DNA of 64,000 nt from Actinomycetes bacterium. GTDB taxonomy: Bacteria; Actinomycetota; Coriobacteriia; WRKU01; WQUG01. The position numbers and the translations under genes are program-made. Location: assembly GCA_031272275.1 (NCBI GenBank), contig JAISUC010000023.1:4605-68604 (forward strand). The letters are read 5' to 3'. Below the pieces are notes generated by a model that saw nothing but the letters and a program-made list of their open reading frames with translations, did not search any database and was not told the origin of the DNA. This document shows, piece after piece, positions 27,137 to 37,082 of this stretch. The first letter of the stretch is position 1; each line of letters starts with the position of its first letter.

Positions 27137-27850
27137 ATGGCGCGCGTGGCGGATTTCATCGACGGGGCGGCTTACGTCGCCTGTGCGCTGACGATTCTGG
27201 CGTACCTGGCGGCGGTGTGGCTGCAGGGGCGGGTGAAACACCCGGTGGCGCGCGCGTTGCTCAGCCCGTTGACGGTCGCGATGGTATTCGTGGTGGCAGG
27301 CGTGGTCTTGACCGGGGCCGATCCGGTGGCGTATGAGGCCTCGACGCAGCCCATCGTGTGGCTGTTGACGCCGGCGACGGTCTGTTTGGCGTTGCCGCTG
27401 TATCGGCACATCGACCGGCTGCGCCGCTATCCGGTGGCGATTGTGGCGGGGGCTGCGGCGGGAGCCCTGGTCAGCCTGTGTGTGGTGGCGGTGACGGCGT
27501 GGCTGTTTCGTCTGTCGCACGTGCATTACGTCAGCCTGTTGCCGAAATCGATCACGACCGCGATCGGGGTTGCCGTTTCGGGCGAGCTGGGCGGCATCGT
27601 CAGCCTGACGGCGGTCAGCATATCACTGACGGGAATCGCCGGAAACATCATGGCGGGGCCTGCTTGCCGGCTGCTGCGGCTGGACGAGCCGGTCGCGCGC
27701 GGGGTTGCGCTGGGCAGCGCGGCACACGTGATCGGCACGGTGCGCGCGCTGGAAATGGGCGAGGTCGAAGGTGCGATGGGCAGCCTCGCCATCGTGATCA
27801 GCGGGATCGTCACGGTTGTCGCCGCCCCGCTGCTGGCACACCTGCTGTAA
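27137..27850 (+). CDS. lrgB: CidB/LrgB family membrane protein
   Basis: About 237-aa polytopic protein immediately after lrgA. Confidence 0.65.
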   Translation: MARVADFIDGAAYVACALTILAYLAAVWLQGRVKHPVARALLSPLTVAMVFVVAGVVLTGADPVAYEASTQPIVWLLTPATVCLALPLYRHIDRLRRYPVAIVAGAAAGALVSLCVVAVTAWLFRLSHVHYVSLLPKSITTAIGVAVSGELGGIVSLTAVSISLTGIAGNIMAGPACRLLRLDEPVARGVALGSAAHVIGTVRALEMGEVEGAMGSLAIVISGIVTVVAAPLLAHLL

Positions 27851-27896
27851 GCCCTGCGGTCAATCGCCCCGTTTTCAATGGTGTACGGGTGTGTTC

Positions 27897-27911
27897 GGGA
27901 CGCACTCCCCC
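27897..27911 (+). repeat. family C 15-mer copy
   Basis: GGGACGCACTCCCCC, 110 bp upstream of divIVA. Confidence 0.8.
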
Positions 27912-28022
27912 GATAAATGCGTATCAGGCGCGGGCGAAAATATGATATAACTATCAGCAGTATATAGCGGGCGCACGCGGCCCGTGGGCGGCACCTAAGG
28001 GAAGCAATCAGAGAGGTAGATT

Positions 28023-28919
28023 ATGAGATTAACGGCGCTCGACGTACACCAAAAGGAATTCGGGCATGGCATGAAAGGCTATCGCGAGGACGAGGTCGAT
28101 GCCTTTTTGGATGCGGTGGCGGCGGAACTGGATCGGCGCGACCGTGAAATCGCTGCGCTGGAAAAGCGCTGCGTCGATGCCGAATCCAGCAGCGTGAATC
28201 TGGAGGCCGAACGAAACACCATCAACAATGCGCTGTTGACCGCACAACGGGCAAGCGACGAGGTTCTGGCCCGCAGCAAGGACGAGGCGCGCAAGGTGAT
28301 TGAAGAGGCCGAGCGCAAGGCGACCGAGATCGTGCGTGATGCGTTGGCGCAAAAGAACAACATCGGCGACGAGCTGAAACGCCTGAAAGAACAAGAGGGG
28401 GAGTATCGCGCGCGCGTCCTGCAGTTGATAGCACAGACGAAGGACGCTCTGGGCATCGCCGAAGAGGTGCCCGCGCCGGTGCAGCCGGCAGTCGAGGTGC
28501 CGGCGGATGCTGCGGCCGCGACCGAGGCAGCGGTGGAGCCCGCAGTGGAGTCCGCGCCGGCATCCGCGAATGCCCCCGAGCCGCTGTTCGGCGAAGCCCC
28601 ACGGCTGGACGACGTGGATGATCAGGACGCGGCTCCGGTCGAATCTGAACCCGAACCCGAATCCGACCCCGACCCCGCACCCGCCCCGGCGCCTGAACCC
28701 GAATCCGTCACACCCGCACCGCCGGCCGCCGACCCCGACCGCACCACGGTCATCCCGCGCCAGTCGGGCACCACGTCTTCGTTCGGCATCGGACAGATCG
28801 AAATCGACAACGATAGGACGGGCATCGACACCTTTGCCCCCGTTCCGGCAGACGACACCGGCGGCTTGGACCGTTACGGCGAATTCGACGACGACCTGGA
28901 TATCGAAGAGATAGATTAG
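28023..28919 (+). CDS. divIVA: DivIVA domain cell-division protein (acidic Pro-rich C-terminal half)
   Basis: N-terminal MRLTALDVHQKEFGHGMKGYREDEVDAFLD DivIVA lipid-binding domain, coiled coil, then a PEPE-rich disordered tail. Confidence 0.75.
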   Translation: MRLTALDVHQKEFGHGMKGYREDEVDAFLDAVAAELDRRDREIAALEKRCVDAESSSVNLEAERNTINNALLTAQRASDEVLARSKDEARKVIEEAERKATEIVRDALAQKNNIGDELKRLKEQEGEYRARVLQLIAQTKDALGIAEEVPAPVQPAVEVPADAAAATEAAVEPAVESAPASANAPEPLFGEAPRLDDVDDQDAAPVESEPEPESDPDPAPAPAPEPESVTPAPPAADPDRTTVIPRQSGTTSSFGIGQIEIDNDRTGIDTFAPVPADDTGGLDRYGEFDDDLDIEEID

Positions 28920-28959
28920 CGCGCTCGGCAAACAGGAACTCCTCCGGCGCCTGAAACAG

Positions 28960-30789
28960 GTGCCGTGCAGCCCGGGCGTTTACCTGTGGAAAGACGACGC
29001 GGGCTCGGTGTTATATGTCGGAAAGGCCAAAGATCTGCGCGCGCGTATGCGCCAGTACGTGAACGGCACCGACGAACGTCCCAAAATCCCGCTGATGATG
29101 GAACAGGTGGCGGGTTTCGATTATGTCGTCACCGAAAACGAGGTCGAATCGCTGATTCTGGAACTGAACCTGATCAATCAGTTCACCCCGCCCTATAACG
29201 TCGACTATCGCGACGACAAAAGCTACCCCTTCATCGCCGTCACCGCCGACGCCACCTATCCCGCCATCAAATACACCCGCGAAAAGCACAAGCCCGGAAC
29301 CCGCTATTTCGGTCCCTATACCGATGCCCGCGCCGCGCGCGAAACCATCGAGACCCTGCGTCGCATCCTGCCGCTGTGTCGCAGCACCTGTCCCGAATAC
29401 AAACGCGTCGCCGCAAAGAACTTCAGCCAACCACTCGCGCGCCCCTGTTTTGATGCGCACATCGGACTGGGGGCCGGCGTCTGTGCGGCCGCCATCACCC
29501 CTGATGAATACGCCGTCCACGTCCGCCGTGCCCTGCGCTTTCTGTCCGGGCACCACGACGAACTGGAATGCGAACTGACCGACCAGATGCACGCCGCCGC
29601 AGCCGACCTGGATTACGAAAACGCCGCGCGCATCCGCAACCGTCTGGATGCCATCGCCCGCATCAAGGACCGTCAAACCATCGTCAGCGAGACGAAATCC
29701 GACTATGACATCGTCGGTATCACCCGCGAGGAAACCATCGCCGGAGCCTACGTGCTGGTGGTGCGCGAAGGCCGCGTCCAGTACGGCAACGAATACGTCC
29801 TGGACAAAGGCCGCGACATCCCGCTTTCCGAACTGCTCGGCGGTTTTCTGGCGCGCTACTACAGCGAAACGCCCCAAATCCCGCGCGAAATCGTCGTCGA
29901 AACCCGCCCGGACGACGCCTCGGTCCTGGAAAGCTACCTGGCCGACCGCCGCGGCAAATCGGTGCGCCTGACCGTCCCGAAATCGGGCACGCGCCGCCGC
30001 CTGCTGACGATGGCCGAACGCAACGCGACCCACACGCTGCTGCGATTCAAAGCGCGGACCCATTACGACGACGAACGCATCAACGCCGCCCTCTTGCAGC
30101 TGGAAAGCGCGCTCGCGCTGCCGGCGCCTGCGCTGCGCATCGAATCGTACGACATCTCGACTTTGCACGGCGCGTTTTCCGTGGGCTCGATGGTGGTGTT
30201 CACCAACGGGAGGTGCGACAAAGCCGCCTATCGACACTTCCGTATTCGGGGGGAGTATGATGAAGCCAACGACGTGGCTATGATGCGCGAGGTACTCTCC
30301 CGACGCTTTGATTCCCGCAACACGCGCGACGTTCGGTTCGGCCGAATCCCTGACCTGCTGCTGATTGACGGCGGAAAGCCGCAGCTGGCAGCCACCGCGG
30401 CCGTGCTGGACGAACTGGGTGTCACCGGTATCGCGCTGGCGGGGCTGGCCAAACGCGAAGAGGAACTGTGGACCACTTGGTCCGAGACACCCATCGTGCT
30501 GCCCAACGGCTCCGCGGGGCTGTATCTGGTCAAGCGCATCCGTGACGAGGCGCACCGCTTTGCGATTGAATACCACCGCAAGCTGCGGGGCCGCGCCATG
30601 ACCGCAAGCGTCCTGGACGAGGTCGCAGGTATCGGGCCCAAGAAACGCGCCGCGCTACTGAAACACTTCGGGGGCATACGCCGCTTGAGAGCCGCAAGCC
30701 TGGAACAATTGCAGGAAGCGCCGGGAATGACCTCCCCCATGGCGCGGGAATTGTACGCATTGATGCACTATACTGAAAACCATGGATGA
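28960..30789 (+). CDS. uvrC: excinuclease ABC subunit C
   Basis: GIY-YIG (GVYLWKD..LYVGKAKDLRARM), UvrBC and RNaseH-like/HhH C-terminus. Frame is open from 28915 with no ATG; the start is uncertain (GTG 28960 or an upstream non-canonical codon). Confidence 0.8.
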   Translation: MPCSPGVYLWKDDAGSVLYVGKAKDLRARMRQYVNGTDERPKIPLMMEQVAGFDYVVTENEVESLILELNLINQFTPPYNVDYRDDKSYPFIAVTADATYPAIKYTREKHKPGTRYFGPYTDARAARETIETLRRILPLCRSTCPEYKRVAAKNFSQPLARPCFDAHIGLGAGVCAAAITPDEYAVHVRRALRFLSGHHDELECELTDQMHAAAADLDYENAARIRNRLDAIARIKDRQTIVSETKSDYDIVGITREETIAGAYVLVVREGRVQYGNEYVLDKGRDIPLSELLGGFLARYYSETPQIPREIVVETRPDDASVLESYLADRRGKSVRLTVPKSGTRRRLLTMAERNATHTLLRFKARTHYDDERINAALLQLESALALPAPALRIESYDISTLHGAFSVGSMVVFTNGRCDKAAYRHFRIRGEYDEANDVAMMREVLSRRFDSRNTRDVRFGRIPDLLLIDGGKPQLAATAAVLDELGVTGIALAGLAKREEELWTTWSETPIVLPNGSAGLYLVKRIRDEAHRFAIEYHRKLRGRAMTASVLDEVAGIGPKKRAALLKHFGGIRRLRAASLEQLQEAPGMTSPMARELYALMHYTENHG

Positions 30790-31666
30790 CACACGGCTGG
30801 TGATAGTGACCGGGATGTCGGGGGCGGGGCGCAGCCGGGCGTTGGCGGCGCTCGAGGACTTCGGGTATTTTTGCGTCGATAACCTGCCGCCACAGATGAT
30901 TCCGCAGGTATCCGCGCTGACGCAGATTGATGATCCGCATTTTGCGCGCATTGCGGTCGCCTGTGACGTGCGCGGCGGCGAGCTGTTCGCATCCCTGCTG
31001 GATATCCTGAATGACGAGGACCAGCTGGCAGATTTCCGCCTGCTGTTTTTAGACTGTGACGATGCGACGCTGATCCGCCGCTTCAAGGAATCGCGCCGCC
31101 GCCACCCTCTGGAGGGCGGACGGGTGACCTTGGCGCGGGCGATTGAAATCGAGCGGACCACGCTGGAGCCCATTCGCAGCACGGCGGCGATGGTGATTGA
31201 CACCAGCGACTTGCGCGCGAGCGAACTGCGGGCGCGTATCATGCGTGATTTCGTGACCTCGACCGACGAACACACCCTGTCGGTCGTCGTGCAGTCCTTC
31301 GGGTTCAAATACGGCACACCGACCGATGCCGATATCACCTTTGACGTGCGTTTTTTGCCGAACCCCTATTGGGACCCGGACCTGCGCCCGCTGTCGGGTA
31401 AAGATGCCGCCATCAGTCAGTTCGTCCTGACGCGCCCGGAAACACAGTCGTTTCTGGAAAAGTGGATGGCGCTGTTGACCGACGTTTTGCCGCATTATCT
31501 GGCGGAGGGGAAGCTCTCCATTACGGTCGGTATCGGATGCACGGGTGGGCGGCATCGCTCGGTCGCTTTGAGCGAAGAGACCGCAAAACGACTGAAGGCG
31601 GCAGGCTACCGCGTCAGCGTCGTGCATCGTGATATTGATCGCGACCCGGCCGCCGCGGCGCGCTAG
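30782..31666 (+). CDS. rapZ: RNase adapter protein RapZ (YvcJ family P-loop protein)
   Basis: VIVTGMSGAGRS Walker A; conserved uvrC-rapZ-yvcK-whiA order. Confidence 0.8.
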   Translation: MDDTRLVIVTGMSGAGRSRALAALEDFGYFCVDNLPPQMIPQVSALTQIDDPHFARIAVACDVRGGELFASLLDILNDEDQLADFRLLFLDCDDATLIRRFKESRRRHPLEGGRVTLARAIEIERTTLEPIRSTAAMVIDTSDLRASELRARIMRDFVTSTDEHTLSVVVQSFGFKYGTPTDADITFDVRFLPNPYWDPDLRPLSGKDAAISQFVLTRPETQSFLEKWMALLTDVLPHYLAEGKLSITVGIGCTGGRHRSVALSEETAKRLKAAGYRVSVVHRDIDRDPAAAAR

Positions 31667-31705
31667 CTGCGGGTGACACGTGTGGGGGACCGGGTGACAT
31701 CGGGG

Positions 31706-32710
31706 ATGGATACAGTTAACACAGGGACAGCATCCGCGGCGAACGCGGCGGGTGCAACGGCAGCAAACGCGACCGTGGGACCCACGCCGCCTGCATCGGG
31801 CGTCCGTCTGGTCGCCATCGGCGGCGGCACGGGGCTGCCGCTGGTCTTGCGCGCCGCCGTTGCGTTGGGAATCGAACCCACCGCCGTGGTCACTATGGCA
31901 GACGACGGGGGCAGCACCGGCAGACTGCGCCGCGATCTGGGCATCCTGCCGCCGGGTGACGTGCGCAAATGCATGGTGGCACTGACGGCACCGGATCGGG
32001 CGCTGTTGGGACGACTGCTGAACTATCGCTTTGAATCCGGCGAGGGTATCGCCGGGCATGCGCTGGGAAACCTGATGCTGGCGGCGCTGGCCGACATCAC
32101 CGGCAGTTTCGAGGACGCGGTCAAGCTGGTCGAGACCCTGCTGGAAACACGCGGGCGCGTGCTGCCCTCGACCTTCGTGGATGTGACGCTGCGCGGCTTC
32201 GACCGTGCGGGTGACGAGATCTTCGGGCAGGTGTCGCTTGCGAACAACACCGCACCGCTCGCCGACGTCGCGCTGAACCCGGCGGATGCGGCGGCAAACC
32301 CCGAGGCGGTCGATGCGCTGCATGCGGCAGACGTCATCGTGATTTGCCCGGGCAGCCTCTTCACCAGCATCATCCCCAACTTGTTGGTGCCGGGAATACT
32401 CGCAGCCGTGCGCAACAGCGGCGCGCAGCTGGTCTATATCGCAAACGTCGCCAATATGCTGGGCGAGACAGCCGGTTTCACGGTTGAGGACTATGTCGCC
32501 GCACTCGAAGCACACGGGCTTGCCGGGCGGATTGACACGATCATCGCAGGCTTACCCGCCGACCCCGAACACCCCTTCCGCCACGAACCGATTGCACTGA
32601 CCGCCGCCTTGCAAGCTTTTCTTGGGGAAGATAGGAGAGGGAGTCACGTGATCCCCCCTCTGACTTCCTCACCTGAAAGTGGCGTATTCCTCAGGCCGGG
32701 GGACCTCTGA
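31706..32710 (+). CDS. yvcK: gluconeogenesis factor YvcK / CofD-like (UPF0052)
   Basis: VAIGGGTGL..MADDGGSTGRLR motif; ATG 31706 preferred. Confidence 0.75.
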   Translation: MDTVNTGTASAANAAGATAANATVGPTPPASGVRLVAIGGGTGLPLVLRAAVALGIEPTAVVTMADDGGSTGRLRRDLGILPPGDVRKCMVALTAPDRALLGRLLNYRFESGEGIAGHALGNLMLAALADITGSFEDAVKLVETLLETRGRVLPSTFVDVTLRGFDRAGDEIFGQVSLANNTAPLADVALNPADAAANPEAVDALHAADVIVICPGSLFTSIIPNLLVPGILAAVRNSGAQLVYIANVANMLGETAGFTVEDYVAALEAHGLAGRIDTIIAGLPADPEHPFRHEPIALTAALQAFLGEDRRGSHVIPPLTSSPESGVFLRPGDL

Positions 32711-33645
32711 TGTCGTTTACCGGCGAAGTCCGCGAGGAACTCTCGCGCCTCGAACAAAAACGCGACTGCTGCAATCGCGCCGAGCTTGCTGCGCTCATAC
32801 GCCTGCAGGGAACGCTCACGGTACTCGACCGACGCTGCCGGGTCGAAATCTCGACCGAAAGCGCACAAATCGCACGCCGCGTCATCAAGCTCATCCGCAA
32901 ATGCTTCGAGCTGAAAACGGAGCTCACGGTCAACCGCAGCCTGCTGCACCGTACCAACAGCTACCTGATTACGCTGCCCGCACAACCCGCGCTGATGCCG
33001 GCACTGGAAAGCCTGGCGCTGGATCGTACCTCATGGATGGAAGGCGGGGTCGGCCCCGACCTGGTCCGCCGCGACTGCTGCGCCATCGCCTACCTGCGCG
33101 GCGCGTTTCTGGGGGCGGGTTTCATTGCGGACCCCCAGGGCGATTTCCACTTTGAAATCCGCAGCCACAGCGAACCGCTTGCCTCGGACATCAGCGCCAT
33201 GACCGCGCGTTTCGGCATCGAAAGCAAGGTGCTGGAACGTCGCAACCAGTGGACGGTCTACCTGAAAGGCGCCGAACCCATCATCGATTTCCTCGCGCTG
33301 GTGGGCGCGCACAAAGCGCTCTTGGAAACCGAAAACGTCCGCATCATGAAAAGCTATCGCAACGACGTGAACCGGCGCGTGAACGCCGAAATCGCCAATC
33401 AGGAAAAAGCCGTCAAAAGCGCGCTGGGCCAGCTGGACGACATCAAGTTCCTGGAAAGCACGGTCGGGCTGGACAGCCTGCCGCCGGCACTGTGCTCACT
33501 CGCCCGCCTGCGCCTGAAAAACCCCGAACTGTCGCTCAAAGAACTGGGCGAGGCGGCCGACCCGCCGCTCTCGAAATCCGCCGTCAATCACCGCATCCGC
33601 CGCATCGCCGACACGGCCGCCCGTTTGCGTATGGACGGCGCCTGA
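32710..33645 (+). CDS. whiA: sporulation/cell-division transcriptional regulator WhiA
   Basis: N-terminal LAGLIDAD-like repeats and C-terminal HTH; MSFTGEVREEL N-terminus. Confidence 0.85.
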   Translation: MSFTGEVREELSRLEQKRDCCNRAELAALIRLQGTLTVLDRRCRVEISTESAQIARRVIKLIRKCFELKTELTVNRSLLHRTNSYLITLPAQPALMPALESLALDRTSWMEGGVGPDLVRRDCCAIAYLRGAFLGAGFIADPQGDFHFEIRSHSEPLASDISAMTARFGIESKVLERRNQWTVYLKGAEPIIDFLALVGAHKALLETENVRIMKSYRNDVNRRVNAEIANQEKAVKSALGQLDDIKFLESTVGLDSLPPALCSLARLRLKNPELSLKELGEAADPPLSKSAVNHRIRRIADTAARLRMDGA

Positions 33646-33733
33646 ATCACCGCCGCGCACCCTGCGCGATGATATACTGGTTCGCGTTGGGAAGAATCGT
33701 GGCACCTCGCCGCAGATATCAAGGAGGTAAATC

Positions 33734-34741
33734 GTGGCAATCAAGCTGGGTATCAACGGGTTCGGACGTATCGGACGCTTGGTCTACCGGGCGGCATTCG
33801 ATGACCCACAGGTACAGGTCGTTGCGGTTAACGACCTGACGGACGCGAAAACGCTTGCCCACCTGCTGAAATACGACTCAGTCCACCGGATTTTCGACCA
33901 CGACATCCAGGTCGCCGACGGCGGCTTGACGGTCGACGGACAGTTCTGTGCGGTGTCTGCCGAACGCAATCCTGCCGACCTGAAATGGGGGGAGTGGGAT
34001 GTCGATCTGGTCGTCGAAGCCACGGGACGTTTCACCGATGCCAACGCGGCTCGTGCGCATATCGACGCCGGTGCCAAAAAGGTCCTGATATCCGCTCCTG
34101 CCAAAAATGAGGACATCACCATCGTGGTGGGCGTGAACGATTCGGACTATGACCCTGCGAAACACCACATCGTCAGTAACGCATCCTGCACGACGAACTG
34201 CCTGGCGCCCTATGCAAAGGTGCTGCTGGACAGCTTTGGTCTGAAGCAGGGCTTTATGAATACCATCCACAGCTACACCAACGACCAGATCATTCTGGAT
34301 TCGCCGCACAAGGACTTGCGCCGCGCACGTGCCGCCGCCATGTCCATCATCCCGACCTCGACCGGTGCGGCAAAGGCCATCGGGCTGGTGCTGCCCGAAC
34401 TGAAGGGCAAGCTGGACGGCATGTCGATGCGCGTTCCCACGCCCGACGGCAGCGTGGTTGATCTGGTGGCGGAACTGGAAACTCCCGCAACCCGTGAGGA
34501 AATCAACGCCGCCATGCAGGCGGCCGCAGCCGGTCCCATGGCGGGCATCCTGCAGTACTGCACCGATCCGATTGTCTCGATCGACATCGTCGACAATCCG
34601 CATTCCAGCATCTATGACAGCCTGCAGACTATGGTCATGGGCGGCGGCAGTGGCACCTTTGTCAAATGCGTCAGCTGGTACGACAACGAATGGGGCTACA
34701 GCAACCGCGTGGTCGATCTGGCAAAGATCATGTTTGCTTAA
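33734..34741 (+). CDS. gap: glyceraldehyde-3-phosphate dehydrogenase
   Basis: [19 protein letters not shown], [14 protein letters not shown] motifs; GTG start after AAGGAGG. Confidence 0.9.
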   Translation: MAIKLGINGFGRIGRLVYRAAFDDPQVQVVAVNDLTDAKTLAHLLKYDSVHRIFDHDIQVADGGLTVDGQFCAVSAERNPADLKWGEWDVDLVVEATGRFTDANAARAHIDAGAKKVLISAPAKNEDITIVVGVNDSDYDPAKHHIVSNASCTTNCLAPYAKVLLDSFGLKQGFMNTIHSYTNDQIILDSPHKDLRRARAAAMSIIPTSTGAAKAIGLVLPELKGKLDGMSMRVPTPDGSVVDLVAELETPATREEINAAMQAAAAGPMAGILQYCTDPIVSIDIVDNPHSSIYDSLQTMVMGGGSGTFVKCVSWYDNEWGYSNRVVDLAKIMFA

Positions 34742-34750
34742 CAATTCTGT

Positions 34751-34778
34751 GGCGCGCCCCTCCGGTGAGGGGCGCGCA
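34751..34778 (+). terminator. GC-rich hairpin between gap and pgk (attenuator or processing stem; no U tract)
   Basis: GGCGCGCCCCTC cggt GAGGGGCGCGC. Confidence 0.3.
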
Positions 34779-34828
34779 TACTTTCGATTGACCGGCAGTA
34801 CAACAACAGCAGTACACAGGGAGAAATC

Positions 34829-36022
34829 ATGTTCAACAAAAAGACCATAAAGGACGTCGATGTCGCCGGACTGAAGGTTCTGGTTCGCGTGGATTTCAAC
34901 GTACCGTTGGCGGACGGGGCCGTGGCCGATGACACCCGCATTCGTGCGGCACTGCCCACCATCCGCTATCTGATCGACCACAACGCGCGCGTCATCCTGT
35001 GCAGTCACCTGGGTCGCCCCAAGGGTCCGGAAGACACGCAGTACTCGTTGCGTCCGGCGTGCAGGGCGCTTTCGCGGCTGATCGGACGTAACGTGGTATT
35101 CGTGGACGGTCCTTTGGCGACCGATGCGCGCGAGGCTGCCGAGCGTATGGTCGACGGCGAGCTGATCATGCTGGAAAACCTGCGCTTCAATCCCGGTGAA
35201 AAGGCTAATGATCTGGACTTTGCGCGCGAACTGGCGTCGCTCGCGGAACTGTACGTGAACGATGCCTTCGGAACGGCGCACCGCGCACATGCCTCGACTG
35301 CAGGCGTCCCCGAACACTTGCCGGCGGTGTCCGGTCTGTTGTTGGCGCGCGAGGTCGAAATGCTGACCGAGATTCTGACCGCGCCCGAAAAGCCCTTCGT
35401 CGCGATTCTGGGCGGAGCGAAGGTATCGGAAAAAATCGGTGTCATCACCCGTCTGGTTGAAACTTGTGACGCGCTGTTGATCGGCGGCGGTATGGCGTTC
35501 ACCTTTGTTGCGGCAAAGGGATATCCCACCGGTGACAGTATCGTCGAGCCCGAATGGATCGATGCCGCCCGCCACATGCTGGATGCGGCACGCGAGGCCG
35601 GTTGCGACCTGATACTCCCCATTGATTTTGTCGTTGCGGCAGAGGTTGCAGAGGATGCGACGACCTTCATCGTCGGGCGCGAGGAAATCCCCGATGACAT
35701 GAAGGGGCTGGATATCGGACCTGCGACTGCAGAGCTGTTCAAGACTGAGATAGAGCGCGCGCGGACCGTGTATTGGAACGGTCCGATGGGTGTGTTCGAG
35801 CTGGCACCGTTCGAGGCGGGCACCCGTACGGTGGCCGAATCGGTGGCGCAAAACACCCGCGCGATCAGCGTTATCGGCGGCGGTGACTCGGCAGCCGCGC
35901 TGAAAAAGTTCGGACTGGAAGGCCGGGTGACCTTTGTGTCGACCGGCGGCGGGGCATCAATGCGCCTGTTGGAAGGCGCCAGTCTGCCCGGTCTGGACGC
36001 GCTGGACGACAAAGTGGTCTAG
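34829..36022 (+). CDS. pgk: phosphoglycerate kinase
   Basis: Full-length PGK, RVDFNVP and GGGASMRLLEG motifs. Confidence 0.9.
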   Translation: MFNKKTIKDVDVAGLKVLVRVDFNVPLADGAVADDTRIRAALPTIRYLIDHNARVILCSHLGRPKGPEDTQYSLRPACRALSRLIGRNVVFVDGPLATDAREAAERMVDGELIMLENLRFNPGEKANDLDFARELASLAELYVNDAFGTAHRAHASTAGVPEHLPAVSGLLLAREVEMLTEILTAPEKPFVAILGGAKVSEKIGVITRLVETCDALLIGGGMAFTFVAAKGYPTGDSIVEPEWIDAARHMLDAAREAGCDLILPIDFVVAAEVAEDATTFIVGREEIPDDMKGLDIGPATAELFKTEIERARTVYWNGPMGVFELAPFEAGTRTVAESVAQNTRAISVIGGGDSAAALKKFGLEGRVTFVSTGGGASMRLLEGASLPGLDALDDKVV

Positions 36023-36037
36023 GGAGAGGAGACACAT

Positions 36038-36814
36038 ATGGCACGGCTACCCATGGTTGCGGGCAACTGGAAGATGCACAAAACCGGGGGTCAGGGCGCG
36101 ATTCTGACCCAGAACCTGGAATACCCGGTGCGCGATATCAAAGGCGCGGTCGAGGTGGTGGTGGCACCCCCGTTCACGGCGCTGCAGAGCGTGTCGTCCT
36201 CGATCGAATTCGATAAAAGCCCTGTGAAACTGGCGGCACAAACCATGCATTGGGAAGATGAAGGCGCCTATACCGGCGAGGTGTCGCCGGTCATGCTGAC
36301 CAACCTGCGGGTCGATTACGTGATTTTGGGTCACAGCGAGCGGCGCGAGTACTGTGCCGAGACCGACGTGACCGTGAACCGCAAGGTGCGCGCCGCCCTG
36401 AGCCACAAGCTGCGTCCCTTGGTGTGCTGCGGCGAGAGCTTGGCCACGCGCGAAGGTGGCGGGGCGACCGCATTCGTCGAGCGCCAGATTCGCGAGGGGC
36501 TGGCGGGCCTGGATGCCCGCGACGCCGAACAGCTGGTGATCGCCTACGAGCCCATATGGGCCATCGGCACCGGGCGCACGGCGACACCGGCACAGGCACA
36601 GGAAATGTGCAAGCACATCCGCGCCACGCTGGCCGCGCTGTTCGGACCTGCCGTGGCAGGTGACATCCGCATCCTGTACGGCGGCAGCGTAAAGCCGGAA
36701 AACGCCGCGCTGTTTTTCGGGCAGCCGGACGTAGACGGAGCGCTGGTCGGCGGGGCTTCCTTGGCGGTCGAGACCTTTATGCCCATCGTCACCGCCGCGA
36801 TACCCGCCGCCTGA
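36038..36814 (+). CDS. tpiA: triosephosphate isomerase
   Basis: AGNWKMH, ILGHSERR, AYEPIWAIGTG, GGSV motifs. Confidence 0.9.
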   Translation: MARLPMVAGNWKMHKTGGQGAILTQNLEYPVRDIKGAVEVVVAPPFTALQSVSSSIEFDKSPVKLAAQTMHWEDEGAYTGEVSPVMLTNLRVDYVILGHSERREYCAETDVTVNRKVRAALSHKLRPLVCCGESLATREGGGATAFVERQIREGLAGLDARDAEQLVIAYEPIWAIGTGRTATPAQAQEMCKHIRATLAALFGPAVAGDIRILYGGSVKPENAALFFGQPDVDGALVGGASLAVETFMPIVTAAIPAA

Positions 36815-36856
36815 CACACGCCGACGCGGCGGCAGCACCTCTCAAACGTGTTGTGT

Positions 36857-37000
36857 GCATCGCTGTTAAACGATGCGCGGCAATACATGCGGGGTGGATG
36901 GCAACACCCAAACGTCATTGCGAGCCCGCGCAGCGGGCGCGGCAATACATGCGGGCGGGTGGTAACCCGCCCGGATACTATATGCCCGTGCGTCCGCACG
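36857..37000 (+). repeat. cluster of GC-rich hairpins: one family B element (36913-36959), one partial GCGCGGCAATACATGCGGG copy, two more hairpins
   Basis: CGTCATTGCGAGCCCGCGCAGCGGGCGCGGCAATACATGCGG; GCGCGGCAATACATGCGGG also at 36885; hairpins GGGCGGGT..ACCCGCCC and ATGCCCGTG..CACGGGGCAT. Confidence 0.75.
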
Positions 37001-37082
37001 GGGCATCGACCCGTCGCCGGGTTTGATAAGATGGAACGCGCATCTATTCACCTGTGGTAAAGCGGAAAGGGACATCAGGCGC

